Positions 1 through 13,763 are shown, counted from the first letter of the stretch. The stretch is 64,000 bases of DNA from Eledone cirrhosa (GCA_964016885.1 OZ024743.1:42408001-42472000); one strand, 5' to 3'. Notes: a model not told the origin generated them from the sequence alone. Numbers and translations: made by a program.

Positions 1-378
1 TTAGTCATCTAGCCCCATTTTACTTGTAGCTAATAAGTTAAATAGCTATGACTAACTTATATAATTATAAGTTACCTCCCCTACATTGTCTCTCAATTAA
101 AAAATTTAAAAATTAACACTTAACTATAAACCACCCACAATTTCTAATCTCTCGAGGAGTTACTTCCCCTGAAACCAGCCTCGTAGTAAGGTAAATATGT
201 CCTTTGGCAGCCATCTTGTTACCCATAGGCATATCTCACACAATGCAGCCTCGACAGATGAATACTGCTTGATTATGGCTGACAACTGATGCAACCAAAA
301 CTCCATAGTGAAAAACCAATATATGGAACATTATATTATCTAACATTCTATCATTAATTTAATTTATATTCTTTTCAA

Positions 379-498
379 GTTCCGATGAGTCGCTCTGTTT
401 TTTAAATATGTTAATTATTTTCAACTGAACCAGATCAATTATGATATATAGTCATCTGATCCAGAAATAGTATATGGAGTAGCGAAACAATTGTAAAC
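379..498 (+). ncRNA. Degenerate type I hammerhead ribozyme candidate with long helix II
   Basis: gtt-CCGATGA(382-388)-gtcgctc...gagtagc-GAAA(484-487)-caattg(palindrome)-TA-aac. The core has one mismatch to CUGANGA and helix I is only 3 bp. Confidence 0.4.
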
Positions 499-807
499 GG
501 ACATTATTATTATTAATATTATTTTTATTATTCTCTACATTCCTTACATCAAACTAAAATATGTTGACAATATTTTAATAATGTCTTCCTTGTAAAATTT
601 GTGGTCTTGTTTTGCTTAACTAACAATGAATATTTCCAGCTCTGCGCACCTAACTTCTGCATGAACCCAGCATCTAGCTGCTTTCTACTGCATATTGCAC
701 ATTGAGCACATGCCTTTACGCTTTGGCTTCTAACTAATTCACCAATCTCTCCTCACATATCTCCTCTCCTATCTCCATCTCTCTCTTTAAGATTGGTTAC
801 TCTTGAA

Positions 808-1752
<945 letters not shown>

Positions 1753-1823
1753 AAGGTTATATTTCATTTGTTGAAATTCAACAAACTTAAAAGGGTATGT
1801 CAACATTCATAAAACAAGTTTTG

Positions 1824-1889
1824 TATTTTATCTGATGAAAGCGCACCAAAATTTGCCTTGGTTGCCCTTGAAATATATATAATAAAATA
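1824..1889 (+). ncRNA. Type I hammerhead ribozyme (family B), within short element 1749-1932
   Basis: tattttat-CTGATGA-aagcgcacc...ggttgccctt-GAAA-tatata-TA-ataaaata: 8-bp helix I and palindromic helix III. The same family occurs at 6307, 13923 and 38343. Confidence 0.8.
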
Positions 1890-1950
1890 ATTATGGTTTT
1901 ATAAATATAGTTTCCATTTATTAATATAATGTATATATATATATATATAT

Positions 1951-3152
1951 ATGTCAACTCTGGATGTCGGTGAGCATGTCCAGCTAACCTGTCTCCTCTG
2001 TGTCACATTTGAGCTGACGTTTGGGAGGCTCCCATACAGCTCTGAGTGTTTCTTCCGCAGTGTATACTGATTAATGTTCATAGCCATCCTCAGCGTTCTC
2101 GTGTAGCACACATTTACCATCTGAGTGAGTTTCTTGGTCAGTGTCCAAGTCTCAGACCCATACAGCAGCACAGACTCCACTACAGCAATGAAGAGGCGGA
2201 GTTTCAGGTCCGACTTCCACACCGATCTCAAGCTGTGGCACGCCGCCCAGGCTTTGCTCTTCCTCTCAACAACATCATCTTCCGTATTCCTAATCTTTGC
2301 TCCCAAATACAGAAAGTCCTCAACCAATTCTAGCGGCTTCCCGCCTACATTAGTGATCCCCTCTGGCTTCTCAACATTCTGTACCACATATTTTGTTTAG
2401 TCTTATTCATTCTCAGCCCCACACTAATCGACACAGTCTCAACCTCCTGCATCAGATCCACTGCCTCCTTCACTGTATTTGTCACCAAACCTATGTCGTC
2501 AGCAAATTCAGCATCTGATATCTTTTCCGCCTTAACTCTCCTGCTCTGAGCCTGTGCTACAGTAAATCCAGAGTCCTGGAGTTTCTCCAGTGCAAGGCGC
2601 ATATAATAGTCCACTACGATGATAAAAAGGCATGAAGCCAATGTATCTCCCTGGAGCACTCCAGCCAGTATCTCAAAGAACTCTGTCATCCCATAAAGTG
2701 TAATGACTTGGGCTTTGGTGTTTGTGTAGAGCAGTGATACCATGTCCACTATCTTCTTGGGGATTCCATAAGCCTGTAAGATCTTCATCAGGCAGTGACG
2801 GTCCACAGTATCAAAGGCCTTCCTAAAGTCAATGAAAGCCATGACCGCAGGAAGGTACTTTGCTCTAGCTCCCTCTAATATCCTCCTCAGCATCAGGATG
2901 TGACTGGTGGTTGATCTTCCCTCTCTGAAGCCGTTCTGGCTGTCCGACATCCAGAGTTGACATTGCACTCAGTGCTCCTGTGGGAGACCCTACTTGGACA
3001 CACTGAAAGAGGAAGCCCGAGGTTAACATATGTTGATGCCCTAAGGACATATACTGGTCTGTTGGAACGCAGGACATGGCAGCGATAATGAGGGACAGAG
3101 AGCGCTGGAGATAACTCGTCCATGGATCTCGGGAATTTTACCCGCCCTAGAA
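1951..3152. mobile_element. 5'-truncated, 5'-inverted RTE-clade (RTE/RTEX-like) LINE remnant
   Basis: Minus strand 1951-2943 encodes RT motifs QNGFREGRST, FIDFRKAFD, GVLQGDTL, FADD, YLG, ESVLLYGSETWTL, with a frameshift near 2390. Plus strand 2944-3152 continues the C-terminus (HPELTLHSVLLWE...RG.PRLTYVDAL...MRDRERWR). Flanked by (TA)n. Confidence 0.85.
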
Positions 3153-3216
3153 ATATCTATATATATCTTTATACATATATGTATATATACCTATGTTTAT
3201 ATATATATATATATAT

Positions 3217-4037
3217 ATTGTTATACTTGGGAGGGTCATATTTGTGTAATATTGCCAGAATAATAACAGAACACACTCACTGTTTGGTTGGTTTTCGCTT
3301 TTTGCTTCTGTGTCTTTTATATCGGTAATCTAATATACTCGGTCCTCAATGTTGCCATTGACTGACCGACTAAACAGAAAGAATGAATGGAATAACAACA
3401 ACACCCAAACAAACAACACTGACCTAAGAGAAGTATAAATAAATAAATAAATAAATAAAATAAAATAAAATAAATAAATAAATATATAAATAAATAAAAT
3501 AAAATAAAATAAATAAATAAATAAATACATACACAAGCACAATAACAACAAACACATAAACACACATTAGTCACCCAATCACGAACACACATCACACATC
3601 AAACAAAACACTATACACACACGCAAACGCATGCGCAAAGAAGACAAAATATAATAAAGAAACAAGCAAATAAATAAATAAATATATAGACAGACTGAAT
3701 AAAAATGGCGTAGCCATACAATTCAACAGGAGGAAACAATAGCACCACTGACGATGTTGCAGATGTGCAACGAAAGATTTATGATAAACTATATATATGT
3801 GTTTGTGTCTATATTGTATCTGCATTATTTTTGACCGTCGGTCTGTCAATGGCAACATTGAGGACCGAGTATATTAGATTACCGATATAAAAGACACAGA
3901 AGCGAAAAGCGAAAACCAACCAAACAGCGAGTGTGTTCTGTTATTAATTCTGGCAATATTACACAAATATGACCCTCCCCAAATATAACAATATATGTTT
4001 CGACACACGATTTCATATAAAAAACCTCGCAAAACTA
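3217..4037 (+). mobile_element. Non-autonomous fold-back pLTR-like element (family C)
   Basis: Inverted repeats 3217-3370 / 3837-3992. HHR-like core CTGACGA(3748-3754)-gttgca/tgcaac-GAAA(3772-3775) with weak helix I. Homologues at 6010-6251, 41615-42021 and (diverged) 51781-52525. Flanked by (TA)n. Confidence 0.7.
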
Positions 4038-5162
4038 ATATATATATATAAATAAAGATCCGAAGGCATGGTATACATTTCCAATCATGTTAATTACGAC
4101 ACAGGCTTCAATAAGAAATAGATTAATCGTGTGGTCATGATCGATTATCACTGGACTCATCAGGTGAATAATGAATTGTCTTCAAATCTTTGATATGAGG
4201 GAGGAAAAACTAACGATGTTCACTCACTAGAGTTCGGTTCCCCATATGAAGATTCAACAGCCAAAATCTGCCAACTGCTATCGTCCTCAGTTAGGGTCAT
4301 AAATCTATCAAGTCGTTATCTCTCAATAGCTGTAAAGGACGCTGGACAGGTCTAATCTCACATCAAATCTGTAGAATTTCGGTCGGTCACAATTAGTGTA
4401 AGTGAGTACACACACACTCACAAACACCGACGCGAGGTCAAAGAAAAAATATATATACCAACATAGTATGCACCGGAAGTTAGGTTACAAAACAACAAAT
4501 GTTATATTGGTCAAATCTCAATTTTAACGATGTAAATTAGAAAAAAAATAGAAAAAATGTGTCAACCACAACCCTATACACACGCAAGTAAATTCCGTTC
4601 AACGTTCTGCTATACGTGTATCGATTGAATTGTAACATCCCTATCGTCTAAATAGTGTATGTTTTGGTATATAGACATCCATGTGTAGAGCAAGTAGTCA
4701 GCTCGTATCGAACTCTGTATGTGCCGTTGAGCCGTTGAGAATCTGAGTCCCCGAGTCTGTGCCTGCAAGCACCCGCCATGCAGGCCACCAAGGGGCTCTA
4801 TGTAGGGCTGGGTATTTGCGTTGAGGTGTCAGTGTGCGCGTTTTCCCGTCATATGGGCCCTCTGGCTTTTAAGATAAGTGTTTGAGTGGTGGAGGTGTGT
4901 CACCCAACACAAACATAAAATTAAAATAAAATAAAATAAAATAACAAAACCCCAGGGATGTGCGTAAGTGCCATGGGCCCATTGATGGATTGTATGTAGT
5001 ATTGACCATTCAACAAATGTGAGCACTCCATGGTTAGATGATCGCAGACCAAAAACCTAGTGTAGTATTCAATTGATAAGATCGTGACTAGTCATAACTG
5101 TGGGAACTCTGTGTCTAAAGAAACCGGGTACCGTGTGTAGAATTACGTATAAAGAGCGTAGT

Positions 5163-5465
5163 CGTTCTTAACTGAGTGTGTCATATGTCTAACTATTTAC
5201 TAACTGAGATAACTCTATGGTTAGGGTATTCTAAACTAATGGTGAGTGCGCGTAATCGGTCTTAACTGAGTGTGTAATTGTTCTAACTATTTACTAACTA
5301 GGTATTTAAAAGTAATGGTAAATGTGCACACAGCTGTGAGAAGTCTGTGGAAACATACCGAGTACCGTATGTAAGTGCACAAACGATGTTAGCTGTCTAC
5401 TACCTGAGTGTGTGATTGTCTATTTTTTTTTGTTTTGCTAATTGAGAGAACTCTATGGCTAAGGT
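5163..5465. repeat. Degenerate tandem repeat (three copies of a CTGAGTGTG...TCTA unit)
   Basis: Units start near 5163, 5257 and 5400 and share ctgagtgtgt, tctaactatttactaact and actctatgg blocks. Confidence 0.55.
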
Positions 5466-5469
5466 TAAA

Positions 5470-5893
5470 AGGGTGGAGTTAGTGGTAGGTTACTTTCCCA
5501 AATTCCTGCGGAATGTTTTCGAGGTTCTATGCTGGCAGGTGCTGTTTACTGACGATGTTTTGTTTACTGTGTCGTATCATAATAATAGTCTGGTAGAGAG
5601 GGTGAGGAAAAAAGATAAGCAAATTCTTCAACAACATAGACTTAAGTATAGTGTTTGAAGAAAACCCGAAGATAGTTAATTTTCTAGATGTTACAGTTAA
5701 CCTCCATTCAGGACTCTTCCAACCCTACCACAAACCCAACGAGAATTTAAATTATGTCAACGCAAAATCGAACCACCCTAGAATGGTCAGAAACAGTATT
5801 ACAAAAAGCGTCTCTAGTAGAATTTCAGGACTATCTTCCAATGAAGATACATTCGATAGGATCTCAAATTACTATGGAACGCGAGGGACATAG
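5470..5893 (+). pseudogene. Penelope-like (Naiad-type) reverse transcriptase fragment
   Basis: KIVNFLDVTVNLHSGLFQPYHKPNENLNYVNAKSNHP aligns by eye with the RT C-terminal region of the ORFs at 9879-11222 and 43603-44217; frameshifted remnants upstream. Confidence 0.8.
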
Positions 5894-6009
5894 CGAGGGA
5901 ATCTCATTCAAAAATCCATGAGGTAGTAGTAGCAACATTGTCTGCGATAGCTTAGGCCAAAATAGTGACACTTTAGTTAATTAAAGATGGTGTAGACATA
6001 CAATACAAC

Positions 6010-6244
6010 ATGAGGAAACATAACATAATAGAACCACTGACGGTGTTGCAGCTGTGCAACGAAAGAACTTTGTTAGCCTATATATATATGTTTGTGTCAA
6101 TATTATATCTGTATTTTTTACCGTTGGCCAGTCAATGGTAAACATTGAGGACCGAATAAATTAACTGATATAAATCAAACAGTGAATGTGTTCTGTTATT
6201 AATTCTGGCAATATTATTACAACAATATGACCCTCCCCAAGCAT

Positions 6245-6251
<7 letters not shown>
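6010..6251 (+). mobile_element. Family C pLTR-like terminus downstream of the RT fragment
   Basis: Homologous to 3720-3992; core mutated to CTGACGG; ends at (TA)n. Confidence 0.65.
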
Positions 6252-6306
<55 letters not shown>

Positions 6307-6309
<3 letters not shown>

Positions 6310-6666
6310 ATTAAATAAATGGAAACTATATTTATAAAACCATATTTATTTCGTTATATATATTTCAGGGATATCATATTAACAATATGTTATGCCTTCT
6401 TCAGACAAAATACAATATAAACAGTCTTATAAATAAATAGATACGACATACCTTTCAATCACCTTGCATTTGTGAGGTTGATTTGGCAGTAAAATATATA
6501 TAACGAAATAAATATGGTTTTATAAATATGGTTTTATAAATATGGTTTTATAAATATAGTTTCCATTTATTTAATATCATAAATATACTCCAAATACTTT
6601 TTGAGTGCTTTTATATCAGTTATAAATATTTACTCGTTGTTAACCCAACAATTTAAATATAACTTT

Positions 6667-6670
<4 letters not shown>
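6307..6670. mobile_element. Family B fold-back element with hammerhead at 6347-6412 (minus)
   Basis: Minus strand tattttgt-CTGAAGA-aggcata...tatccct-GAAA-tatata-TA-acgaaata. The direct arm restarts at about 6492 at the AAA-tatata-TA part of the ribozyme; (TA)n on both sides. Confidence 0.75.
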
Positions 6671-6709
<39 letters not shown>

Positions 6710-6848
6710 AATACTTAGGTTAATAGGAGTTAGGTATTGTATACCCGTGTCCCATTAAGGTATTGGCAGCATAATAATTAGCTCTATGCTTTGGAGCAGA
6801 GCCGTATGTATGATAAAGAACACAAGAGCGTCTACAACATCAAAAGAT

Positions 6849-6908
6849 TTTTATTGGCTTACAATGTTTCTTCCTTACGTAACCGTAGCATTCGTCAGAG
6901 CTATAAAA
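6849..6908 (-). ncRNA. Type I hammerhead in 3' pLTR of Naiad-like element 1
   Basis: Minus strand ttttatagct-CTGACGA-..tacg gtta cgta..-GAAA-cattg-TA-agccaataaaa. Confidence 0.75.
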
Positions 6909-8100
6909 GGGATTTGATTGGTGTTATGGACTCTACCAACCAAACATTCAAGAACAAAGAGTAAAGAGAGTAAAGAGCAAAAGTAGGGGACGATAAGTCT
7001 AATTTTGGTGCGGGAGGGTAGGGTGTGGGTCCTTATTTACTAGCTGCGGTCATATTCATTCCCGGGAATCGAGTGGTTAGCTGAACCATAGATGGGGTGG
7101 CGTCGATAGTATGGTGCAGAGGGTGGGCAGAGGCTACACAAACACAAAGGGCATACAATATATATATATATATATATAACGGAGGAGAAAGTACATGAGG
7201 TAACTAGAAATGGAAAAAGAGTAATAATAATAATCTATAATTAATAATGTATAATAAGGCATGGGCAAGATTACACTATAATAAGGTATAAAAGTAAGAA
7301 TAAGTTAAAATATAAAGGAGGATAAAAGTGGAAATAATAAAGATAAGAAAATATATATATATGTAAAAAAATATATAGAGAATATATAAAGAAATATAAG
7401 CGAATATTTGGAGGGGAAAACACAATGTAAAAAAACCGAAATTTTCAAATAAAAATGAAAATATTATAATTATGGGGGGAGTAAATGGGATAGAGAAATA
7501 TGAACAAATGTGATTAGTTGAGAGAATATAAGATGATAATAGTTATGTCAAGTTTATACATCTTAATAATAAATAATCTGTGTATCAGAGTTACAGAACC
7601 TTCAATTCACTTACAGGTTCAAGCCACGTGGCATAGTCCATTGTTTATCTGAGCGGTCATGCGCGTTTGTTTTTGACACCACAGCAGATGCACAAGTTCG
7701 TAAATCTATTTTTGCTCACCCGGACATTGACGGAGGATCCAATATTGCTAGTTCAATATGTGTGTGGTGTTATTTTGGTCGCACAAATCAATCACTTGGT
7801 TCAATATTATGGATTATGGTTTTCTGGTCTTCGTAACAGTGTCAGTGGTTGTATATCTCGAAATCACAAGGATCACTGTACTCCGGTTTGGTGTGATTAT
7901 CGGTCATCCAGCTATGTTGTTGGTGGTTGGATTCAATTCTATTAGCCCGAACGTTGAACTTTGGTGTCGATAGAACATTAACGAGGCAGGGTGAGATCGC
8001 ATCTGTGGTACAAAACGGTACGCAAGGAAATTCTTCGTCTTCGTTTCATCCGGGTCCAGCAGTCACGTGCAAGAACCGCTACGTAGTAATTGTGGGGTTA

Positions 8101-8421
8101 ATCGGTCAAGTCAGCAACTGACCGAAAATTCTCTTAGGAATTCAGACAGGCATGACAGGCACATTTAGGTCAGCAGCTTCTTTATGTGTACGTGTGTCCG
8201 ACACACACAGTCACACATTTATATGTATTTCAACTAAAAAAAACTCAATTGATTCACCCACTGGTACTACAATCGGTCAAGACAGCAACTGGCCGAAAAT
8301 TCCCTTAGGAATTCAGACAGGCATGACAGGTACATTTAGGTCAGCAGCTTCTTTATGTGTACGTGTGTCCGATACACACAGACACATATCCATATGTATT
8401 TCAACTCAAAAAATTCAGTTG
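8101..8421. repeat. Tandem duplication of ~150 bp (period ~171 bp) in the 3' non-coding region of the Naiad-like element
   Basis: atcggtcaag...tcaact at 8101-8250 is repeated at 8272-8421. Confidence 0.85.
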
Positions 8422-9193
8422 ATTCGCCTATTGATATTATATCTGTGTTGCTCAGATGTGCATGTTGTGGTGTTCTGGTCGAGCATAGCATTCACTGTGT
8501 TTTGCCATTACCTTGGAATATGATGTTATGGTCATCAATAGTCCGGCAAGCGCATTTCTCTCTTATATTGCGGAGAATGGTGTTCTGGTCCTCAGTAAAC
8601 ATTTGGGTCAGCAGGAGGAGTGGTGGTTCTCAGTTTCAACTTCGACAATACATATGTGTTACTCTGCATATCGTGCTCCTCTCAAAGAAGAGTATTATAG
8701 GAGGAATTCGTGTCACACACCACATATAGAGAGGATTTCTACAGAAGAATATACATACATATACACATATATACACACATCATACACTCACACATACACA
8801 TACACATACACACACATACGCATACATACATATATTCACATACATGTCACATATATACATACACACAATATAATACGCATGCATACAATATACATATATA
8901 TATACATATATATATACAATATACATGCATACAATGCACGCACACATGCATGCATGCATGCACACACGCACGCACACACACATACATATGTCTGTGTGTG
9001 TGTGTGTGAGAGAGAGAAAAAAGGAGAATAGGAGAATACACACACTCACACACACACACACACTCACACACACGCAAAAACACCAACCTTGTAGGGGACT
9101 GTACCACCCTTAGGGTACCTATCTATCTGGGTTACGGGTTGGGGGGAAGGGGGAGCTATAGTTTAGGTGGGGGTTGCGTGATATATGTTACGT

Positions 9194-11717
9194 CTATGTG
9201 CTAGGTTTAAAATTGAAGGAACTCAGGATTTTGTGTTGGCAAGAGGAGAAAATTTTCGATTTCCTGTTAAGCAGGTTCAGTTTAGAGTGTATTATGGCAT
9301 GGCATTCCAGTAAACATAGGTCACAACTTCCGCTCTGCGGTCGGTATGGTGTGAATCAAGTAAGCTTCCTCCAAAAAGTTTGTATGGGGTACTATTATTT
9401 TTTTAAAAGGATATGTATACCGCCAGTGAGGTGGCATTCTTATGTCTATCGTGTCTAAATGTGTAAATATGCGCGTTAAATCTAGTTTTAAATGTATTGG
9501 ACGTTGCTCCTATATATGTTTTGGTAGAGTTGTGTGTGGTTACGTCACATGCATATACGATGTTTTTCATGAGGCAATCCCCCTTAGGGGACAATTACTA
9601 CTCCGCCTACAATTGCAACTGCGGGTTCGATTAGTTAGCGTACCTCCCGAAGTTTGGTTACTAGCATTATCACTAGGTGCCTCTATATCATTAGATGGCT
9701 CATTGATGCTATTATGTTGCCCATTTTCCAGTGTAGTCGGTTGCTGGTGGTTAACTGCCATTTTAATTGATTCGAAACCTTCCCTAGTTTTCCTAATGTT
9801 CGTGCGTGCTATGTGTGATGCGAGGTTAGGTGTGGTCGAATAGGATAATTTAATTACGTTTTTGTTAATTATGTTGCGCTATCTATTGCCTGGTGGGAAG
9901 TTTTTTTCCAACAATGAGAAGAATACTCTGGGGAGGTTAGTGAGAACCTCAGACTTATAAGGTGGGTTAAAATACATGTTTTTCCTTCTTCTATTTTTCT
10001 TATCTGTGGGGTGAGTGTCGCTACTGTGCATACTATTTTGTACGGTTCCGTTATTAACGTTAGTGGCGTTGTCTGTTTTGCTTAAGCCCGGATGGTTTAT
10101 ATTCATGGCGTGATCATTTACTGTTTTAGAGTTGTGGTTAGGGACTCTAGTATTTTCTTTACGTGGTTTACATTTAGCTGGGTTACCGACATTAGGGTTC
10201 TTACTATTATTCTTCCCTCTAAGTTGGTTAGGCTTTGTGGCCATACTATGTGTGATTATGTTGGTAGGTTTCACACTCATGGTTTGGGAGTCCTTATGTA
10301 TATATGATAATCTAATCCCGTAACCAGATTCTGCTAGGGCCTTGTCATAATACTCTGCATTGGATTTGAAGATACTCTCATTACAGGACAGTCTGCTAAT
10401 TCTATTAGGAATAGCGTTTAGGACTGATTTGGGGTGGTTAGAGCTGGCGTATACATATGTTAGTCTATCGTTATGTTTATGGTAGGGTGCAAATGTTTTA
10501 CTTTCTAGGTCAAGGGTGGCGTCTAGGAAGTTTACTGTTTTATCATCTGCATCTATGGTAATACTTAGATTAAAGTTTTTAAAGAACCTACGTAACTGTT
10601 TCCTAGTTCTTTCTATATTGCACTTTTTATACTCGAGAGTGAGGAGGGCGTCATCACGGTATAAGCCGCCCTTCAAGTGCGGTAATGTCTCATGTAACTC
10701 CTTTAAGAGGTACAATCCTACCAGGTCCGTTAATTGTGCAGAGTCACTAGATCCCATTGTGATGTCGAAGTTATTGAGCGTATTCTTGCGCGTCCACAAT
10801 TCATCCTCAAATGTGATTATCGTTTTCCGGGCTGCAAGAATGACATCAATTTGAGAACTATTGAGTTCACTTTTCTGCATGGTCATGATTAGGGCCTTAT
10901 TAAGGAGTATGGGGGAGATTGAGGTGTAGTACGTATCGATGTCGAATTGTATAAATTTAAGGGATTTATGGTTGCTAAGGCTTGAGAACCATTTCAAAAC
11001 CTCTTCCGTATTCTCCCATAGCTCTAGATATATTTTCCTCCTGGTGGTGGGTATAACGCCGTCTAAAATGTTCTTACTGATAATTCCTATATCTGACTTC
11101 GATGGGCTAATTAATCTAACAGCGGGTTTACTAATGAAGTCAGCCTTATGGTCTTTAAGGGTGAACCTGGGTTGCCTAGGTGTATATGGTTGGGTATACT
11201 TTTCCAGACCTAGTTTATCCACTATGGCGCATGCTTTCTTATTAATTTCATCTAAGTTTGCGCTTGTTGTCTTTTTATAGTTTCTATTTAATTAATTGTA
11301 TATAAACCTACGATACGTATCATAATTTAAGCTATAAATATTTCTGGTTTTATCCGAGGTGACCAGGATATCTCTTTTATCGTTAAAGTCCTTACCTAAG
11401 GTTTCCAGTTTCATCCGGAATTTGTTGCTATTCCCATGGAGGTTTTTAAACTTAATATTCCTTACTAGTGATAGGAGGTCATTCTAAAATCCATCTAGCA
11501 TGGAGATATGGGGCGGGCTCCTATAGGTTTTAAAACCGAATTTGTTATTGGGGGACACCGTGGTTGATTTCTTATTTCTCTTATCGAAGTGGAAAGTGCG
11601 CCATCTAATACGCTTAACGAAAGAGTTGACACTATATATCAGTAATTTCTCATAAGTAGTCCTGGATGGGGTTGGGATGTTCTTGAGTGATATAGGTAGG
11701 TAGTCTTTAGTTAGCAT
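9194..11717 (-). pseudogene. Penelope-like RT + GIY-YIG endonuclease ORF (disrupted)
   Basis: SLKNIP N-terminus, FIQFDIDTYYTSI, GSSDSAQLTDLVG, LYRDD, VNFLD, SSNHP, FNPPY, CNCR..CPL.G.C, IVY...YIG...FK.R, CDLC. Nonsense codon (TAG) at 9879-9881 and frameshifts near 11484, 9580 and 9403. Confidence 0.9.
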
Positions 11718-11935
11718 GCTGCCAATCAATTATAATCATACACACAAGGTGGACAGGTTATAAGGATTTAGCTCAACCGGAGGGGGGAGCCGTAGAAGTA
11801 CTTAGGTTAATAGGAGTTAGGTATTGTATACCCGTGTCCCATTAAGGTATTGGCAGCATAATAATTAGCTCTATGCTTTGGAGCAGAGACGTATATATGA
11901 TAAAGAACACAAGAGCGTCTACAACATCAAACGAT

Positions 11936-11995
11936 TTTTATTGGCTTACGATGTTTCTTCCTTACGTAACCGTAGGTTTCGTCAGAGCTATAAAA
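11936..11995 (-). ncRNA. Type I hammerhead in 5' partial pLTR of Naiad-like element 1
   Basis: Same motif as 6849-6908: CTGACGA ... GAAA-catcg-TA-agcc. Confidence 0.75.
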
Positions 11996-12295
11996 GGGGT
12001 TTGATTACCTCATGTACTTTCTCCTCCGTTATATATATATATATATTGTATGCCCTTTGTGTTTGTGTAGCCTCTGCACACCCTCTGCACCATACTATCG
12101 ACGCCACCCCATCTATGGTTCAGCTAACCACTCGACTCCCGGGAATGAATATGACCGCAGCTACTAAACAAGGACCCACACCCCACTCTCCCGCACCAAA
12201 ATTAGTCTTATCGTCCCCTACTTTTGCTCTTTACTCTATTTAATCTATGTTCTTGAATGTTTGGTTGGTAGAGTCAATAACATCAATCAAACCCC

Positions 12296-12355
12296 TTTTA
12301 TAGCTCTGACGACTCCTACGGTTACGTAAGGAAGAAACATTGTAAGCCAATAAAA
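12296..12355 (+). ncRNA. Type I hammerhead in inverted pLTR of Naiad-like element 1
   Basis: ttttatagct-CTGACGA(12306-12312)-ctcctacg gtta cgtaaggaa-GAAA(12334-12337)-cattg-TA-agccaataaaa. Confidence 0.78.
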
Positions 12356-12389
12356 ATCTTTTGATGTTGTAGACGCTCTTGTGTTCTTT

Positions 12390-12475
<86 letters not shown>

Positions 12476-12759
12476 ATACATTATCAGAGAAAGCTTAAAG
12501 TAATATTCCGACCGGCTTCCGTCTCATTCAACAAACATTAGGATATACCTTAGTATAAACATAATTAAACTGTTGGGGTGCTAACTATACGTATTTTGCG
12601 GATAGCCAGTTGTATTATTTTATATGAGACATAATTAAAATACATCTCTCTTTCCAAACCATCGTTTCCTTATAAGTTTTTTAAAAATTGGGAAAATAAT
12701 GTCCAGGTTATGTAGAAGCCTACACATATTCCGTAGGGATATATGTAGGTGGATGCCCG

Positions 12760-12821
<62 letters not shown>

Positions 12822-12822
12822 A

Positions 12823-13017
12823 CCAAAAAGGGTGTGGTAAAATCCAGCTAGTCCATGACGCACCTGAGTACTCGATACTCGGGGTAGTAGAGTTATTAAT
12901 ATGAAAAGATACAGGACCCCGATGGTTGAGCTTCGGCCGTTTCGACAGCTAGATCTGAACTGTTCGGATTTAGCTTTCGAACAGCAAGAGCCAAGCCGTG
13001 GGGACCTTCCATCTTTT

Positions 13018-13018
<1 letters not shown>
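12823..13018 (-). mobile_element. Family K ~190-bp asymmetric hairpin element (diverged copy)
   Basis: Homologous to 14673-14864 and 51118-51712; palindrome centre about 12960; (TA)n on both sides. Confidence 0.65.
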
Positions 13019-13064
<46 letters not shown>

Positions 13065-13085
13065 GTGTGTGTATGTGTGTGTGTG

Positions 13086-13160
<75 letters not shown>

Positions 13161-13763
13161 GTGTGTGTGTGAGTGTATAATTTTTTAGTTTTCTGTATGT
13201 ATGTGTATATGTGTCTGGACAATTTTTAATGGGGCTCCTATATTCTAAAGCATTCATGCGTTTTCTTTGAAATTCTTTACAGAGCTTCTCCTTGCACAAA
13301 ACCTGTACATTATGTACAAAGGCTTTCAAAAATCGATATTTGGGCCTTTGGAGACATTAACAAATTTCGGTTATTTGTGTGAATTTTCGTGATTAAGTAA
13401 GACAAGAGTTACCTTTCGTAATCAAGAGTTATCTTTCGTAATTCGGCTCATTCGGATTTTAATTTACTCTTTGTACTTGAAAGAAAGAGACGAACAATGT
13501 CTTGTTGTATATTTCACAATCAGCAGTTTCTAACTATTACTAAGTTAAGTTATAGATTTAACATTGTATAATTTATCGTTTCAAGCTTGACGTTCATACA
13601 TTAAATGATGTCATAACTTTTACAATATTATGCTTAAATTTATTTTAAATTATTTCGCTGGAATAGTGCCTAATGTTTTCATGTTTACATAAAGTACGTT
13701 TTTCTTCTATGTATTCAAATTTACTTTGTTTAGTTTAATGAGCTACATCGAAAGCTACTTGAA

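Larger units (their letters stand above)
6711..12394 (-). mobile_element. Full-length Penelope-like retroelement (Naiad-type) with pLTRs, inserted in (TA)n
   Basis: 3' pLTR 6711-7203; partial direct copy 11799-12004; inverted copy 12005-12394; RT/GIY-YIG ORF remnant between them; HHRs in all three repeats; (TA)n flanks. Confidence 0.9.

Noticed and set aside
4090-4170. Minus-strand CTGATGA with hairpin near 4156
   Set aside because: No GAAA directly after the hairpin, and helix I pairing is poor.
7765-8590. CRISPR-like repeat/spacer array from the TGGTGTTCTGGTC motif
   Set aside because: The repeats are short and degenerate, the spacers of the two triplets are homologous to each other, and there are no cas genes in this eukaryotic context.
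9194-11717. Selenoprotein-type Naiad (in-frame UGA, reported for some Naiads)
   Set aside because: The interruptions I traced are TAG or frameshifts, and the zinc-finger cysteines in both Naiad-like ORFs are TGT/TGC. No conserved in-frame TGA was seen.
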